Positions 51,601-62,475 of a stretch of DNA of 64,000 nucleotides are shown piece by piece (within the stretch, counting starts at the first letter, position 1; every line of letters starts with the position of its first letter). Position numbers and translations under genes: made by a program. The notes under the pieces are model-generated. The model ran no database searches. It saw only the letters and a list, made by a program, of their open reading frames with translations, and had not been told where the DNA came from. Where the stretch lies: NCBI GenBank assembly GCA_965178125.1, contig OZ237739.1, positions 1,054,001 to 1,118,000 on the forward strand. The letters are read 5' to 3'. Origin of the DNA: Bilabrum cf. latius. Lineage: Eukaryota.

Positions 51601-54600
51601 CAGTTCATCCGCCCGCTGACGAAGCTATTGGATCGTCTGGTCATCCGACTGCACGGCATCCGCCACCATCTGCTGCCTGCGTCTCTTTTCTCTCGCGATT
51701 TTCCTCCTCTTTGCAAGGTCATACCCGTTTGCAATCGCCTGATCTGCCGCACTGACCGCAGACACCACCTGTGGGGCTGCAGCGATGAGCTGGCGGGCGG
51801 CAGCGTCTCTGGTGGGCGACCCCTTGGGAGTCTTCTGCACCTGAACTACCATGCCAGACAGCTGCGCGATCGTCTCACCCACAACAGCCATGGCGCGGGG
51901 CACCTTGGCTGTGTCGTAGGCAGTGGCGTCCTGCTTGCGAAGAGCCTCAGCAGAGGGCCGCAGCTCTCGCAGCCTCCTGGCCGACTGGGCCACCTTTTTC
52001 GTGGCTTCTTGTAGCTCTGCTTCGGTCCTAGATCTGTCCCTGGCCAGCGCCCGTGCCTTGAGAGCTCCCTCCGCATTCGCGAGTCGGTCGCTTGAGCCCC
52101 TGGCAGACCGAATCAGCCTGACAAGGGCATCTGCCAGCTGCTTCTCGGATAGCTCGCCACCCGGGCCAGCAGGCACCAGCGCCTTCTCGCCCGCCGACCC
52201 GCCCTCGGCGTCATCTGCCTCGCCACTGGCAGCTTTCAGCAGGTACTGCGTGGCAGCGAGCGCCTCTGCAGCCGAGCGGATGGCGGTGTTAGCTGCATCC
52301 GGAGGCCGCCCATCCTTCTCGTCCTGCCGCTGCGCCGCGTCCAGCCGGGGAATCAGCGTGTGCACGAACCCCGCCACCTCGCCCAACCGCTCGTCCAGTG
52401 CAGCCCTGACGCCCTCCTCGGCTCTTTCTGCCGCCTGTCCCAGCCGCATCTTCTGCGCGACGTACGACCGCAGGGCTGACTGATGCTCCACCGAGGAGGT
52501 GCTGACGTTCTCTAGGCCGCCCCTAATGTGCCTGGCGTCCTTGCACGCCTGCTCGCAGGACGTCATGGACGGGGGCTTGGCAAGCGCGCTAGTCTTCTCG
52601 CCGTCGCGCAAGGGTGCAGCGGCCGACCGAAGGTGGCCAGACAGCCTATTCAGCAGCCGCTCCGTCTTGTACAGAACCGCATCCGTGGCGGATACGTCGC
52701 GCCCCACTCGAGTGGCGTCGGCGACCTTCTCTATGTTGGCACGATTCTGCTCGGCTCGGCGAGCCGCCGCCTCGAGCGCCTGCTTGGCCTCTGCCGCCAG
52801 CTGTGCCTTCTTGATCGGGTCCGTCTCGCGCTCGGCTCGCTCGGCGAGGTCCCTGGCCTCTTCTGCCAGCTGCTTGGCCGACTCGACTTGGCCCTGGATC
52901 GCCTGCAGCACGGCGTCTGATGCTGCTTGCGCTGCCGTGTTCTTCCGCATCAGCGCCGAATTCCGCCTCTGTCCCTTGCCAGCAGCAGTCGTGGATGGCC
53001 TCGCTGCCTCCTGCGCTGCGGCCATGGCGGCTGCCACTGCCACCCTCTCTTCCTCCTCTGCCGCTTCCGCCGCCCTATCTAGCGATTTGATCGCCTCATC
53101 AATGCCCCTTGCTGCCCTCCTCGCCTCATCCACGGCAGCCTGTGCCTTGCGCTCATTGCCCCTCCGCTTCCGCTCCTCTAGGCCGGAATCGGCCTCGGTA
53201 GCCGTCTCCTTCGCCTTCACGAGGCCCTTCACGCCCTGCTGCATGGCGGCCACCACGCGGTCCATCGCCTCGAGGCCACGCTCTGTGTGCGGCAACTGCT
53301 CGGCACTCGACTCAATCTCATCCCTGACCCTGTCTGTGCTGGACCCCACAGCAGTGGTGGCCTGCCCAAGGTCATCCAGCGACCGAGTCGCCCTGTCGGA
53401 GCCCCCAGCGGCGGGAATCTGACGCGACTTGCCCTTTAGAGCATCCTGGAGCTCAAAAATTGCCTCGGTTTCGTCATCCATGTCGTCAGCAACGCCCTCC
53501 AGCTCGGACCGCAGTGCCTCCGCAGCCTCCCTTGCCGCGGCACGGGCTTCCGCCGCAGCGGCGTGGTACGCCTCGGCTGCTCCCCCCACCCGCTTAAGCA
53601 GTTCGGGATCTTCTTTTCCCTATTCTCCCTCCTTGGATTCCACCGCTCCGGCCCCGCCTCGGCCTCGCCTGCCTCTGGAAGCGCCTCCTCGCGCCTTCTC
53701 CAGGTCTCGCATCCCCGCCAGGGCATATCGCCTCGCCTCCTCTGCTGCCTTGTGAGCGTCCCTGGCCGTCTGCAGCTTGCCTATCCTACGGCGGGAAACT
53801 TCCACCCTCGCGGGCGGAGGGTTCCTCTGCCCGCCTGGCAGGGCAGGCGAAGCCGTACTGTGCGGAAGAAATGGCTTCATCTGGCCGTGGAGCACCTGCA
53901 GCCGCGCGACGAGGTTCCCAGCTTCGTGGGTGGCGGCATCGCTCTCCTCCACCGACTACCCCACTGCCTGGCGACGGGCCCGCTGGGCCGCATTGAGTCT
54001 CCTCTCCTAGGCCTTGCGCGCGTCATCCACTTTACCGGCGGCGCTTCTTGCTGCCTGCCGCAAGCGATCCATGGCTGCTTGGGTGGGAGGCGGGGGCAGC
54101 TGCCTGGCCTGGCCCTGTGCCGTGGCAATGCCGTGCAGCGCATCGGCTCCGGATCCCTTCGGGGTGACCATGTGCGCGAGCTGCTTGGCCTGCTCGATGG
54201 CTTGCTCAGCCTCCACCAGCTCCCTGGGGATGATGGGCGCCCCGCTGCCACCGTCGGCACGATGCGCTGCCTCGAGTCTTCGCCTGATGGCACCCAACGA
54301 CATCTGCGCAACCGCCAGTGCAGACGCTGCTTCATCTGCCTCTGCCTGTGCGCGAGCGTGGGCCATGCCCCGGTCAAACTGCTTGGCTGCCTGGAGGGCC
54401 TCCCGAGCGGCGTCCAAGGCGCGATCGGCTGCCTCCCTCGAGTGAGGGTTGGAGACCGCGGCTGCCTGCAGGGCGGCTGCACGCTCCTGCGCGGCCTCTG
54501 CCCTGCGGCGAAGGGCATCCACAGCCGGTGGCGGGCGGGCGCCCCGACTGCCGATGCCGCTGTCTTCGTCAGCACCGGGCAGAGGCGCATCGGTCGCTCG

Positions 54601-55866
54601 GGCCTTGGCCTCGTTCCAGCGATCGTCTGCGCCGTCCATGCGTCGCTTTGCGTCGGCCAGCGTGACTTTTGCATCAGCCACACGCTGCAGGACGTCTTCG
54701 TCAGGAATGGCCGACTGCCCCATTCCGAACTCGTCTTCGTCCCCATCGCTCCCCTCGGAATCGAAGAGCCCCTCTCCCTCCTCCTGCCCCGCGCCCGGTC
54801 TAGACTGCCGCGTGCCTTCATGGGACAGCGGCGAATCGGCGGCGGCGTGATCCTCAGCGCCCGGTGTTCCCAGCATGGGGCTCTTCCGTGGGTGTTTCTC
54901 CCCCCCTTCGCCTTCTCCACCGTCTTCATCGCCCCCCTTTCGACCGTAACGCCTGGCTCTCGAGTCGCGGATCTTTCTAGGGGTACGGCCCTTGACCCGA
55001 TCCACCGGTGGCTTGGGCACGTGGCGATGCGCGAAATCAAGATCTTCCTCATCCATGGCCGGCTTGTCCAGCGCTTGGTAGTCCCCCACCCTGGGGACTG
55101 CCCCCGTGTCTGCGTCCACCTCCGATGGGCTAGGCAGGCGGTCGGGGGGCTCCTGTACGCCGCCATCGTCCTCATCCTCTTCCTGTACCGTCTGCTCGCG
55201 AAAAGGGTCGTAATCGCTGACCAGTTTAGGTCCGTTGAGTCCGTGCGCTGCGACGACGGTCTTGTCTGTGGCCTTGGCCTTCAGGCCCCGCTTGAAGGGC
55301 CCCTGTATGCTACGCTCTAGGCCCCGGCGGCGAAGGAAACTGGCCGTGCGCTTGGGTCCCTTGCCTTCCTCACTCAAAGGACCGTCGGCAGCATTGGGTC
55401 CTTCCCGCCCCCTGCCCCTGCCTCTGCCTCTGCCTCGGCCCCGCCCTCTGCCCCTTCCCCTGCCGCCATCCGCACCGCCACCGTTCCACCGACCGGCATC
55501 CTAACGCGAGCCGGCTCCCGATGGGTGCTTAGATTCCGCGCTCGGATGATCGTTTCCAGCACCATGCAGGCTTTGTTTGCTCTGTTTACGGCGGTAGGCG
55601 CGCCCAGTGTAGTGCAAGTCTCTGGATCCGTAGCCGGCTCTCGCGCGTCCTGCATCGTCAAGCAGCTCTCCGGCAACGCTGCCCTGGTGGCTCTTCAGGC
55701 CAGATTGCGATGCAGCTGGGGCAGAGTCAGACGGCAGGCTTCCATCATTGGCGCCATCAAGCTTTCTGCGAGAACCGTGCCGTCTCCCGATCGCACCGCG
55801 ACCGCGTCCACGCTCAACCCCATACCGAGCCGATGTTGGTCTGTGAGCAGAAGAAGAAGGGTGCAT
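39646..55866 (-). CDS. Giant Ala/Glu/Arg-rich coiled-coil protein, ~5400 aa; 5' end uncertain
   Basis: One frame for 16.2 kb with 25 TAGs and no TAA/TGA; (RG)n tract near N-terminus, Gln/Met/Gly-rich C-terminus; ends TGA. Confidence 0.8.
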
Positions 55867-56542
55867 CAATGCTACTTATGTGCACAAAATACCAGCCTAA
55901 ACAAATTTCTACATCAGAGACGCCAAGTACTTACACGGCCGAATCGTCTACTACAGCCAAGAGAGGGTGGCTTGGCTGTCCCCTTGCGGAAGCTGCTGGC
56001 TTTGAGCCCCGACGAATATCTGGAGCATCACTCGATCCAAATGCTATCCTGGATGAAGAATAGTCCTGCGGTTAGAGAACGTGCAGAACAGCCAAGAAAC
56101 CGAAGCATGTTCCGTTAACACAGGGCGTTCTGGATCAGCGCTCTTCGTGCCTCACAATCGCTATTGGGGGGACGTTACCATTCCCAGCCATTACGTGTGC
56201 TACTGGGCAGATGATCAAGTGGATTGGCCCCTACTGTGGATGCTATGCCGGTTATCCTCAAACGCGATTCCGCCACGCCGCGGCGGTCGCAACCCAACAA
56301 GAACGTGCCACCGGGATTGTTGGTCGCAGATTCAGACATCACTCATGCTGTGCATCGCAGGGGGGCATGCTAGTGCTAGCGCATGGGTCATAAATCGTGC
56401 CTCACGGGCCCATTAATGCTACTCCCAGCGCAGCGCTGCATGTGAGAAGCTGATTTCTCCTGGACTTGTGCTGGTGAGGCATCACCGAATGTGATCGGAG
56501 GCCAATAGGGCTTCGTCCAGCCTCCCTTGGCAACTATCGGAG

Positions 56543-58708
56543 ATGCCACGTCGATCAGGGAGCACCCAGCCACATGAAGATGATATGAGTCGATCGTAGG
56601 CGAAAAATCTAGTACAGGGACTGCGAGACGCCGAGGATGTCCCAGTTCCAGATTCAGATGAGAGGCGTGGCCCCAGCCTGCCATCAACAGTCACAAAGAG
56701 CGGTTCCAAAGGTATCTCGTCGTTAGGAAGTAAGCAGATGAGTTTAGGCACCTCTGGTGCTTCATTGTCCAGTTCATCGACTGCTGTCGCTTCGGGGCAA
56801 CCTAATCCGGAAGCAACACGTGATGATCGTATCAGTGATGAAGACCCATTGCAGGGAATATTTGGTGAAGTCGAAAGGCGTAACAGGGACTTCGAACGGA
56901 TGCGCTAGGAGCGCCGCCGGTAGCTGCTCGGGTCGGCGGCTCGAAGCGGGCATGGACCACCTGGTCCAGTTCCGTAGGCAACTGCTGCGGGGTCTAGCGC
57001 TTCCGAGGAGATACAAGGACCAGCCCAAGACGGTACAAATAGCGTATCTGACCAGTCTGGCTCGGACGACGAGTTCGACATGTTCTCAGCGGACGACGAG
57101 GACGTAGCCAGGGAAGCCAAAGAAGCGGCGGAGGCAGCTGCCGCGGCGAAGGCGGCCGGGGGCGAGCAGAAGCAAGGGCTCCGAGTCGACGAGCTCAGCG
57201 ACGCCGAGGGGTACCTCGTGGCCCGGGTGGGTACGCTGCTGGGAAGCGACAGTAGGTACGAGGTACAGGGCGAGCTGGGGCGGGGCGTGTTCTCGTCTGT
57301 GTTTATGTGCATCGACAGGCAGTCCGCTGCAGAGCTGGGTATCGGTGGGGGTGGGGATGCAGGGGAGCTGCCCAATGCGGCGGATGGCTCTTCTGTGCCC
57401 CCAATAGTGCCCAAACCAGACGGCATGGGACTTGGACTTGGATCTGCATCGGGGACAGGCGTCGCCGGTGGAGCCTAGGCATCCACAGAGGCCGTCGAGG
57501 CCGGGGGGCCTTCCGCCGCCCCCGCCGGCACCCAGGACTGGAACGGATTCATCGAGAGGTGGGGCCCCGCCGCTGTTGCCGTCAAGGTGTTGCGAGACAA
57601 TGACAGGATGCGGCTGGAGGGCCAGCGGGAGCTGGCGGCTCTCAAAACCGTCAAGGAAGCGGACAGGAAAGACAGGCACTTCTTGGTGCGGCTGCGCGAG
57701 TCCTTCAAGCACGGTCAGCACCTATGTATCTGTTTTGAAGCGATGGGAGGATCGTTGAAGGAGGCCTAGGACAAGTTCGGCAGGACGGTGGGCATCGCGC
57801 TGGACGCGGTAAGGCAGTACGCCGTGCACCTGTTCAGGGCGCTGGCGCTGCTACACAAGGTGGGCTTCGTGCACGCAGATCTGAAGCCCCAGAACGTCCT
57901 GGTCGCGGCGGACTACTCGCACTGCAGGCTCGGTGACTTGGGGTCTGCCTTTCGGGTGGAGGCGGCGGAGCCCACGGCCTACCTGGTTACTCCCTACTAC
58001 CGTGCCCCCGAGATCATGCTGGGCCTGCCGCACACCACTGCCATAGACGTGTGGTCCTTGGGTTGCGTGCTGTTCGAGGCGTTTACGGGAGAGCTGGCGT
58101 TCACTGGGCGGGACAACAATGAGATGCTCCTCCGCTTCCAGCAGGCGCTGGGACCATTTCCGCTCCGGATCGCCCGGAGCCACGTGCTGGCGTGCCGCAG
58201 GGCCGCCGATGCCGCCCTGGAGGCGGGGGCCGTGCCAGTGAGCGATGCAGACCCCAGCGACGTGTCTGCTGGGACGGTGCAGGTGGTGGGCGACATGGCT
58301 TCTGGTTTGTCCACCGGTGGACTCAAGTGCCATTTCTCCGAAGACGGGTCCCATTTCTTGCACCGCGACACGGACCCGGCCTCCATGCGCGCGTGCGTGC
58401 GCAGCCTAAGGCTGGTCAGGCCAGTGCCCGAAGAAACGATACAGAGGCGGGTGCAGCGCAAGGCAGGCCCTCGGGACTCGCGCGCCAGCGTGCAGCAGCT
58501 CGTGGATCTGCTGCTGCGATGCTTCACTCTCGATCCGAGGAGGCGCATCACGGCTGCAGAGGCTCTCCAGCACCCCTTCTTGCACCCGCCCGTGGCAGTG
58601 CCCGAAGGGGGCGAGCTGGTGGACCGAGATGGGGGGCAGGCCGATGGCAGTTATCAAGAGGGTGGTGCTGGTGCCCACGTCGGCGGCGGCAGCAGCTTGC
58701 GAGGGTGA
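56543..58708 (+). CDS. PRP4K: PRP4-like CMGC serine/threonine kinase; start uncertain
   Basis: DDEFDMF, DAEGY, GRGVFSSV, AVKVLRDND, HLCICFE, HADLKPQN, YLVTPYYRAPEIMLG; six TAGs (56597, 56906, 56921, 56975, 57476, 57767); ends TGA. Confidence 0.88.
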
Positions 58709-58987
58709 ATTGAAAGAGATTGGGCGCGTTGGGTCGTGTAGGGGTGAGGGGCGGGGTAGACGCACGATTTTGCCAGCGTGGGTGCTGGATGTATGCAAGG
58801 CTGCACGGTTGAGAGACTTTCCAGCTGTTTGATCATGCTGTGTTCCAAATCAGTCAAGAGCGGCCGCCGGCCCACGGCAAAATTAATAGAGCGTGGCACA
58901 CCGACCTCCATGGCCCCCTGCCCGACAGGAACGGATTCATGCTTCCTTGGGAGTGGTAGGGTCGTGAGACAGAACCAGAGGGCGGGC

Positions 58988-59856
58988 TTAGTCCGTGTCC
59001 TCGAAGCTCTCGATGCCCTCGGCCGCGGCCTCGTCCTCGTCCTTGACCTCCTCGCCGTCCACCTTGGAACGCTGGGCGTCGGTCAGGCAGGGCTTGATGC
59101 CGGGCATCAGGTCGGCAATCTTCTTCTCCTGGGCGGAGCCGCGCACGACGTACGTGTTTGACTGCACGCTGGCATCCACGCGAGGCGACCTGAAGAACAG
59201 CACGCTCTCGTCGTCCTCCTTGAACATGTGCACCTCCTCCACGCCGGGGATCTCCTGCATGCCGAGGCGCTTCAAGGCACCCATGAGCTTCTTGTCGTCA
59301 CCGGACGAAGCGCGCGCCTTCACTGGCAACTTGCGGCGCATGGTTCCCTTTCCGCCAATTCGTCGGCCGCCCTTGCGGGACGCCAAGAACTTAGCCCTGC
59401 GAACAACGAGTGCTCAAGATGATGAGGACAAGCTTCCGGTTGACAGAGAGATAAAATGAGACGCAGCATTCCACAAACCAAAAGACTATCTTGCAATACA
59501 TCGTGAGGATAGACGAGAAGGGCCGCTTGGATATCCATCGCTTTCCGTAATCAAGAAACATGAGAGAACTGGTTCGATTCGACTGGGCAGATCGATCAAC
59601 AAGAACCTAGGTGCGCCATCTATTAGATGGGACCAAATCATTCTAATACGTTTCATAGTCCATTCTGTCGAGAGCCCGGCGCGTTAACTAGCCTAGTATG
59701 ACCCATCAAGACGGCAGACTTCAGTTGCCGACTGCCATTTTGGCAGCCCAGCACCGCGTCAAACAACCGTTTTTCCTATCGATGTGCCGATCAAGATTTC
59801 GAATCAGATATGATTGAGCATTCGTCTCACTTTCCACTCTTTGCCGTGCCGCTCAT
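58988..59856 (-). CDS. BTF3: Nascent polypeptide-associated complex subunit beta; probable join(59856..59831,59396..58988)
   Basis: [49 protein letters not shown]; exon 1 inferred from phase-compatible GTGAG/CAG sites; ends TAA. Confidence 0.85.
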
Positions 59857-60013
59857 GGCCAAATTCACCGTATATCTTCCTTGGCGAATCGATGGTGAAC
59901 TACCAATATGTGACGAGTACTTTGGTAGGAATCCGATATTAATCTGAGTTGGTGTAATGACACTGCTCAACAAAAAGAGGAACAGCAACTGCAAGTTTGG
60001 GCTTAAATTCAGC

Positions 60014-62415
60014 ATGCAAGGTAGATCTAAAGCAGGTAGAAAGAGAAGTAGAAGCTAGATTTCTGCATCTAGAACCGATGGCGAGGGAGCAGGTGGAAAG
60101 TTACACTCATCCGGGGGCAACGCGCCGCGGGATGAGGGTCTTGCAGATGAGAGTGTGGCCAAGTACTACCGTAGCGCTGCGGGTGAAGACCACAAGGGGC
60201 GTATGCCTGCCTCTGATCCACGACTAGGTAGCAAAAAGAACATAGCGAATGCTGCGAGAGATAAGAAGGTCAGACAGCGGGTTAAAAAGGAAATGGAGCG
60301 GGCGCGACGAGCTGCAGTTGCAGCTGCGCGTGCAGAAGTGCTGTTGGAGCATGAGGCGGGGTGAGGAGTCGTTTGTAGGTATATCTATTGCCGATCACCC
60401 CATTCCTGTAGTTTGCAGCCACAACGTACGGAAACGTCCGCCCTACTCAACGCTCTTGATCAACAATCCATCTTGTCAATTGTCGCAGTGGCGTGGAAAT
60501 GGATGAGGAGGAGACTCCGTTTTCGTCAAAGACGTACAAGGCCACCCAGGAAGCAATCGCATCGTCAGAAGGGGTCGGAAAGGCGTACGCTAAGAAGCTA
60601 GCGTTCAACCTCCACCTGCCCACCTACGGGCCATACAAGGTCAACTGGTCCAGGAATGGCCGGTACGCCCTCCTGTGCGGACAGAAGGGCCATCTGTCCG
60701 TCTTGGACGCGCAGGTACCCGCCATTCGGAGCGAGACTCACCTGGAGGAGCACTGCAGGGATGCGTGCTTCCTGCACGACGCTACCTTTTTCGCCGTTGC
60801 TTAGAGGCGATACACGCACATCTACGACGGGTCCGGCGCGGAGGTGCACGTGATGAGAGACCACAAGAGGCCGCTCGCGCTTGATTTTCTGCCGCACCAC
60901 TTCCTCCTCGCGACTGTCGGCGAGGATGGGTTCCTCCGGTACAGGGACACGTCCACTGGCGCACTCGTGGCATCCATCCGCACGGGGCTGGGGCCGTGCC
61001 ACGTGCTGCGGCAGGACCCCTGGACGGGAGTGGTTGGTCTGGGGCACCGTGACGGCGGTGTCACTCTCAGGACGCCCTCCATGACTAGGCCTCTCATGCG
61101 GATTGCTGCGCACAGGGGGCCGGTAACCGCCGTTGCCTTCGACGGGCCGGGCAGGCTCATGGTGACGGCAGGGAGCGATTCCAGGGTGCGCGTCTGGGAC
61201 CTGCGCAAGACCGCGGAGAACGTTGTGGATTACTTCACCCCGGGTGCCGCTGGCAGCCTGGACGTGTCGCAGAGGGGCCACCTGGCCGTGGTGGCGGGCA
61301 GGAACGTGCAAGTGTGGGGGGAGGGCTGCATGCGAGAGAAGCACAAGGCGCCTTTCTTGAGGCACACGCTGGATGCGGGGCCCGGAGTGGTGGGTGCCGG
61401 GCCCGTGCGGGCGGAGAGCGCTAGGTTCAGGCCGTTTGAGGACGCCCTGCTGGTGGGACACAACTTTGGGGTCAGGGGGCTACTGGCACCAGGGTCGGGC
61501 GAGCCGAACTACGACGCGCTGGAGTCGAATCCCTACGAGAACAATCGTTCCAGGAGAGAGCGCGAGGTCCGTAGTCTGATGGACAAGATTCCTGCCGAGC
61601 TGATTTCCCTTGACACCGATGCGATCACCAAGGTCAGGCCAGGTGCTTCGACAGCATCTTCGTCCAGTAGCAGCAGCAGCAGCAGCAGCAGCAGCTCGGC
61701 ATCGGCATCGGCTTCCGGTGGCTCCACTGGGGGTGGTGGCAGTGGAAAAGCGCTGCGGATGGATTGGCTAGCAGGCGGTGCCGAGGCAAGCAGTGGCAAG
61801 AAATCTGGGTCCTCGAGCTCAGGAGCGCTGGACGTTGGAAACGACGGCGCCGACACGGGCGGCAGGCGGGCTGCGGACGAAAGTGACACGGATAGCAGCA
61901 GCGATGATGACGAAAGCGATGGCGAGGATGAGAAAGAGATCGTGGCTTCAAAGGGCAAGGGCAAGGGCGCGGCTGCATCCGGCGCGGGTGCCGGCGATGA
62001 CGACGAGGACGAGGATGACCCGTTAGAAGGCCTCTCAGGTGCCGAGAGGCGGAAGGCAAGGTAGAAGCTTCGGAAGAGGGCCAGAAAGAAGCAGCGTGGT
62101 CGCAGCAAGACCTCTCGTCTCGCTGCCAAGAGGCAGGGCAATATCTGGGATGAAAACAAAGCCAAGCTCAGGCAGGAGAGGCAGCGGAAGGAAGCCGAGA
62201 AGAAAGCCAGGGATGAAGCCAAGGCAGCATCCATCGAGAAAGCCAGGGCGAAAATCAAGGCGCAGCGGGATGCAGCGGTGGCAGCAGCTGGTGGGAGCGA
62301 GGCCATGGGCCCGTCTTCGACAAAAGCAACTGCTCGGATGGTGGATACGAGCACTGCATTGGCTCGTTTTGCCAAGGAAAAGCAGCCCGTGTACCTTGGT
62401 AGGCAAGGGAAATAA
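60014..62415 (+). CDS. UTP7: U3 snoRNP WD40 protein Utp7/WDR46; join(60014..60360,60489..62415)
   Basis: YGPYKVNWSRNGR, FAVA*RRYTHIYD, FLPHHFLLAT, PGSGEPNYDALESNPYE, REREVRSLMDKIP; TAG at 60056, 60802, 62062; ends TAA. Confidence 0.92.
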
Positions 62416-62475
62416 ATAATTACCACGAACTTCTATGTATTTCCACCTGTTCATCCTGTGCACCGCCAGCAAGGA

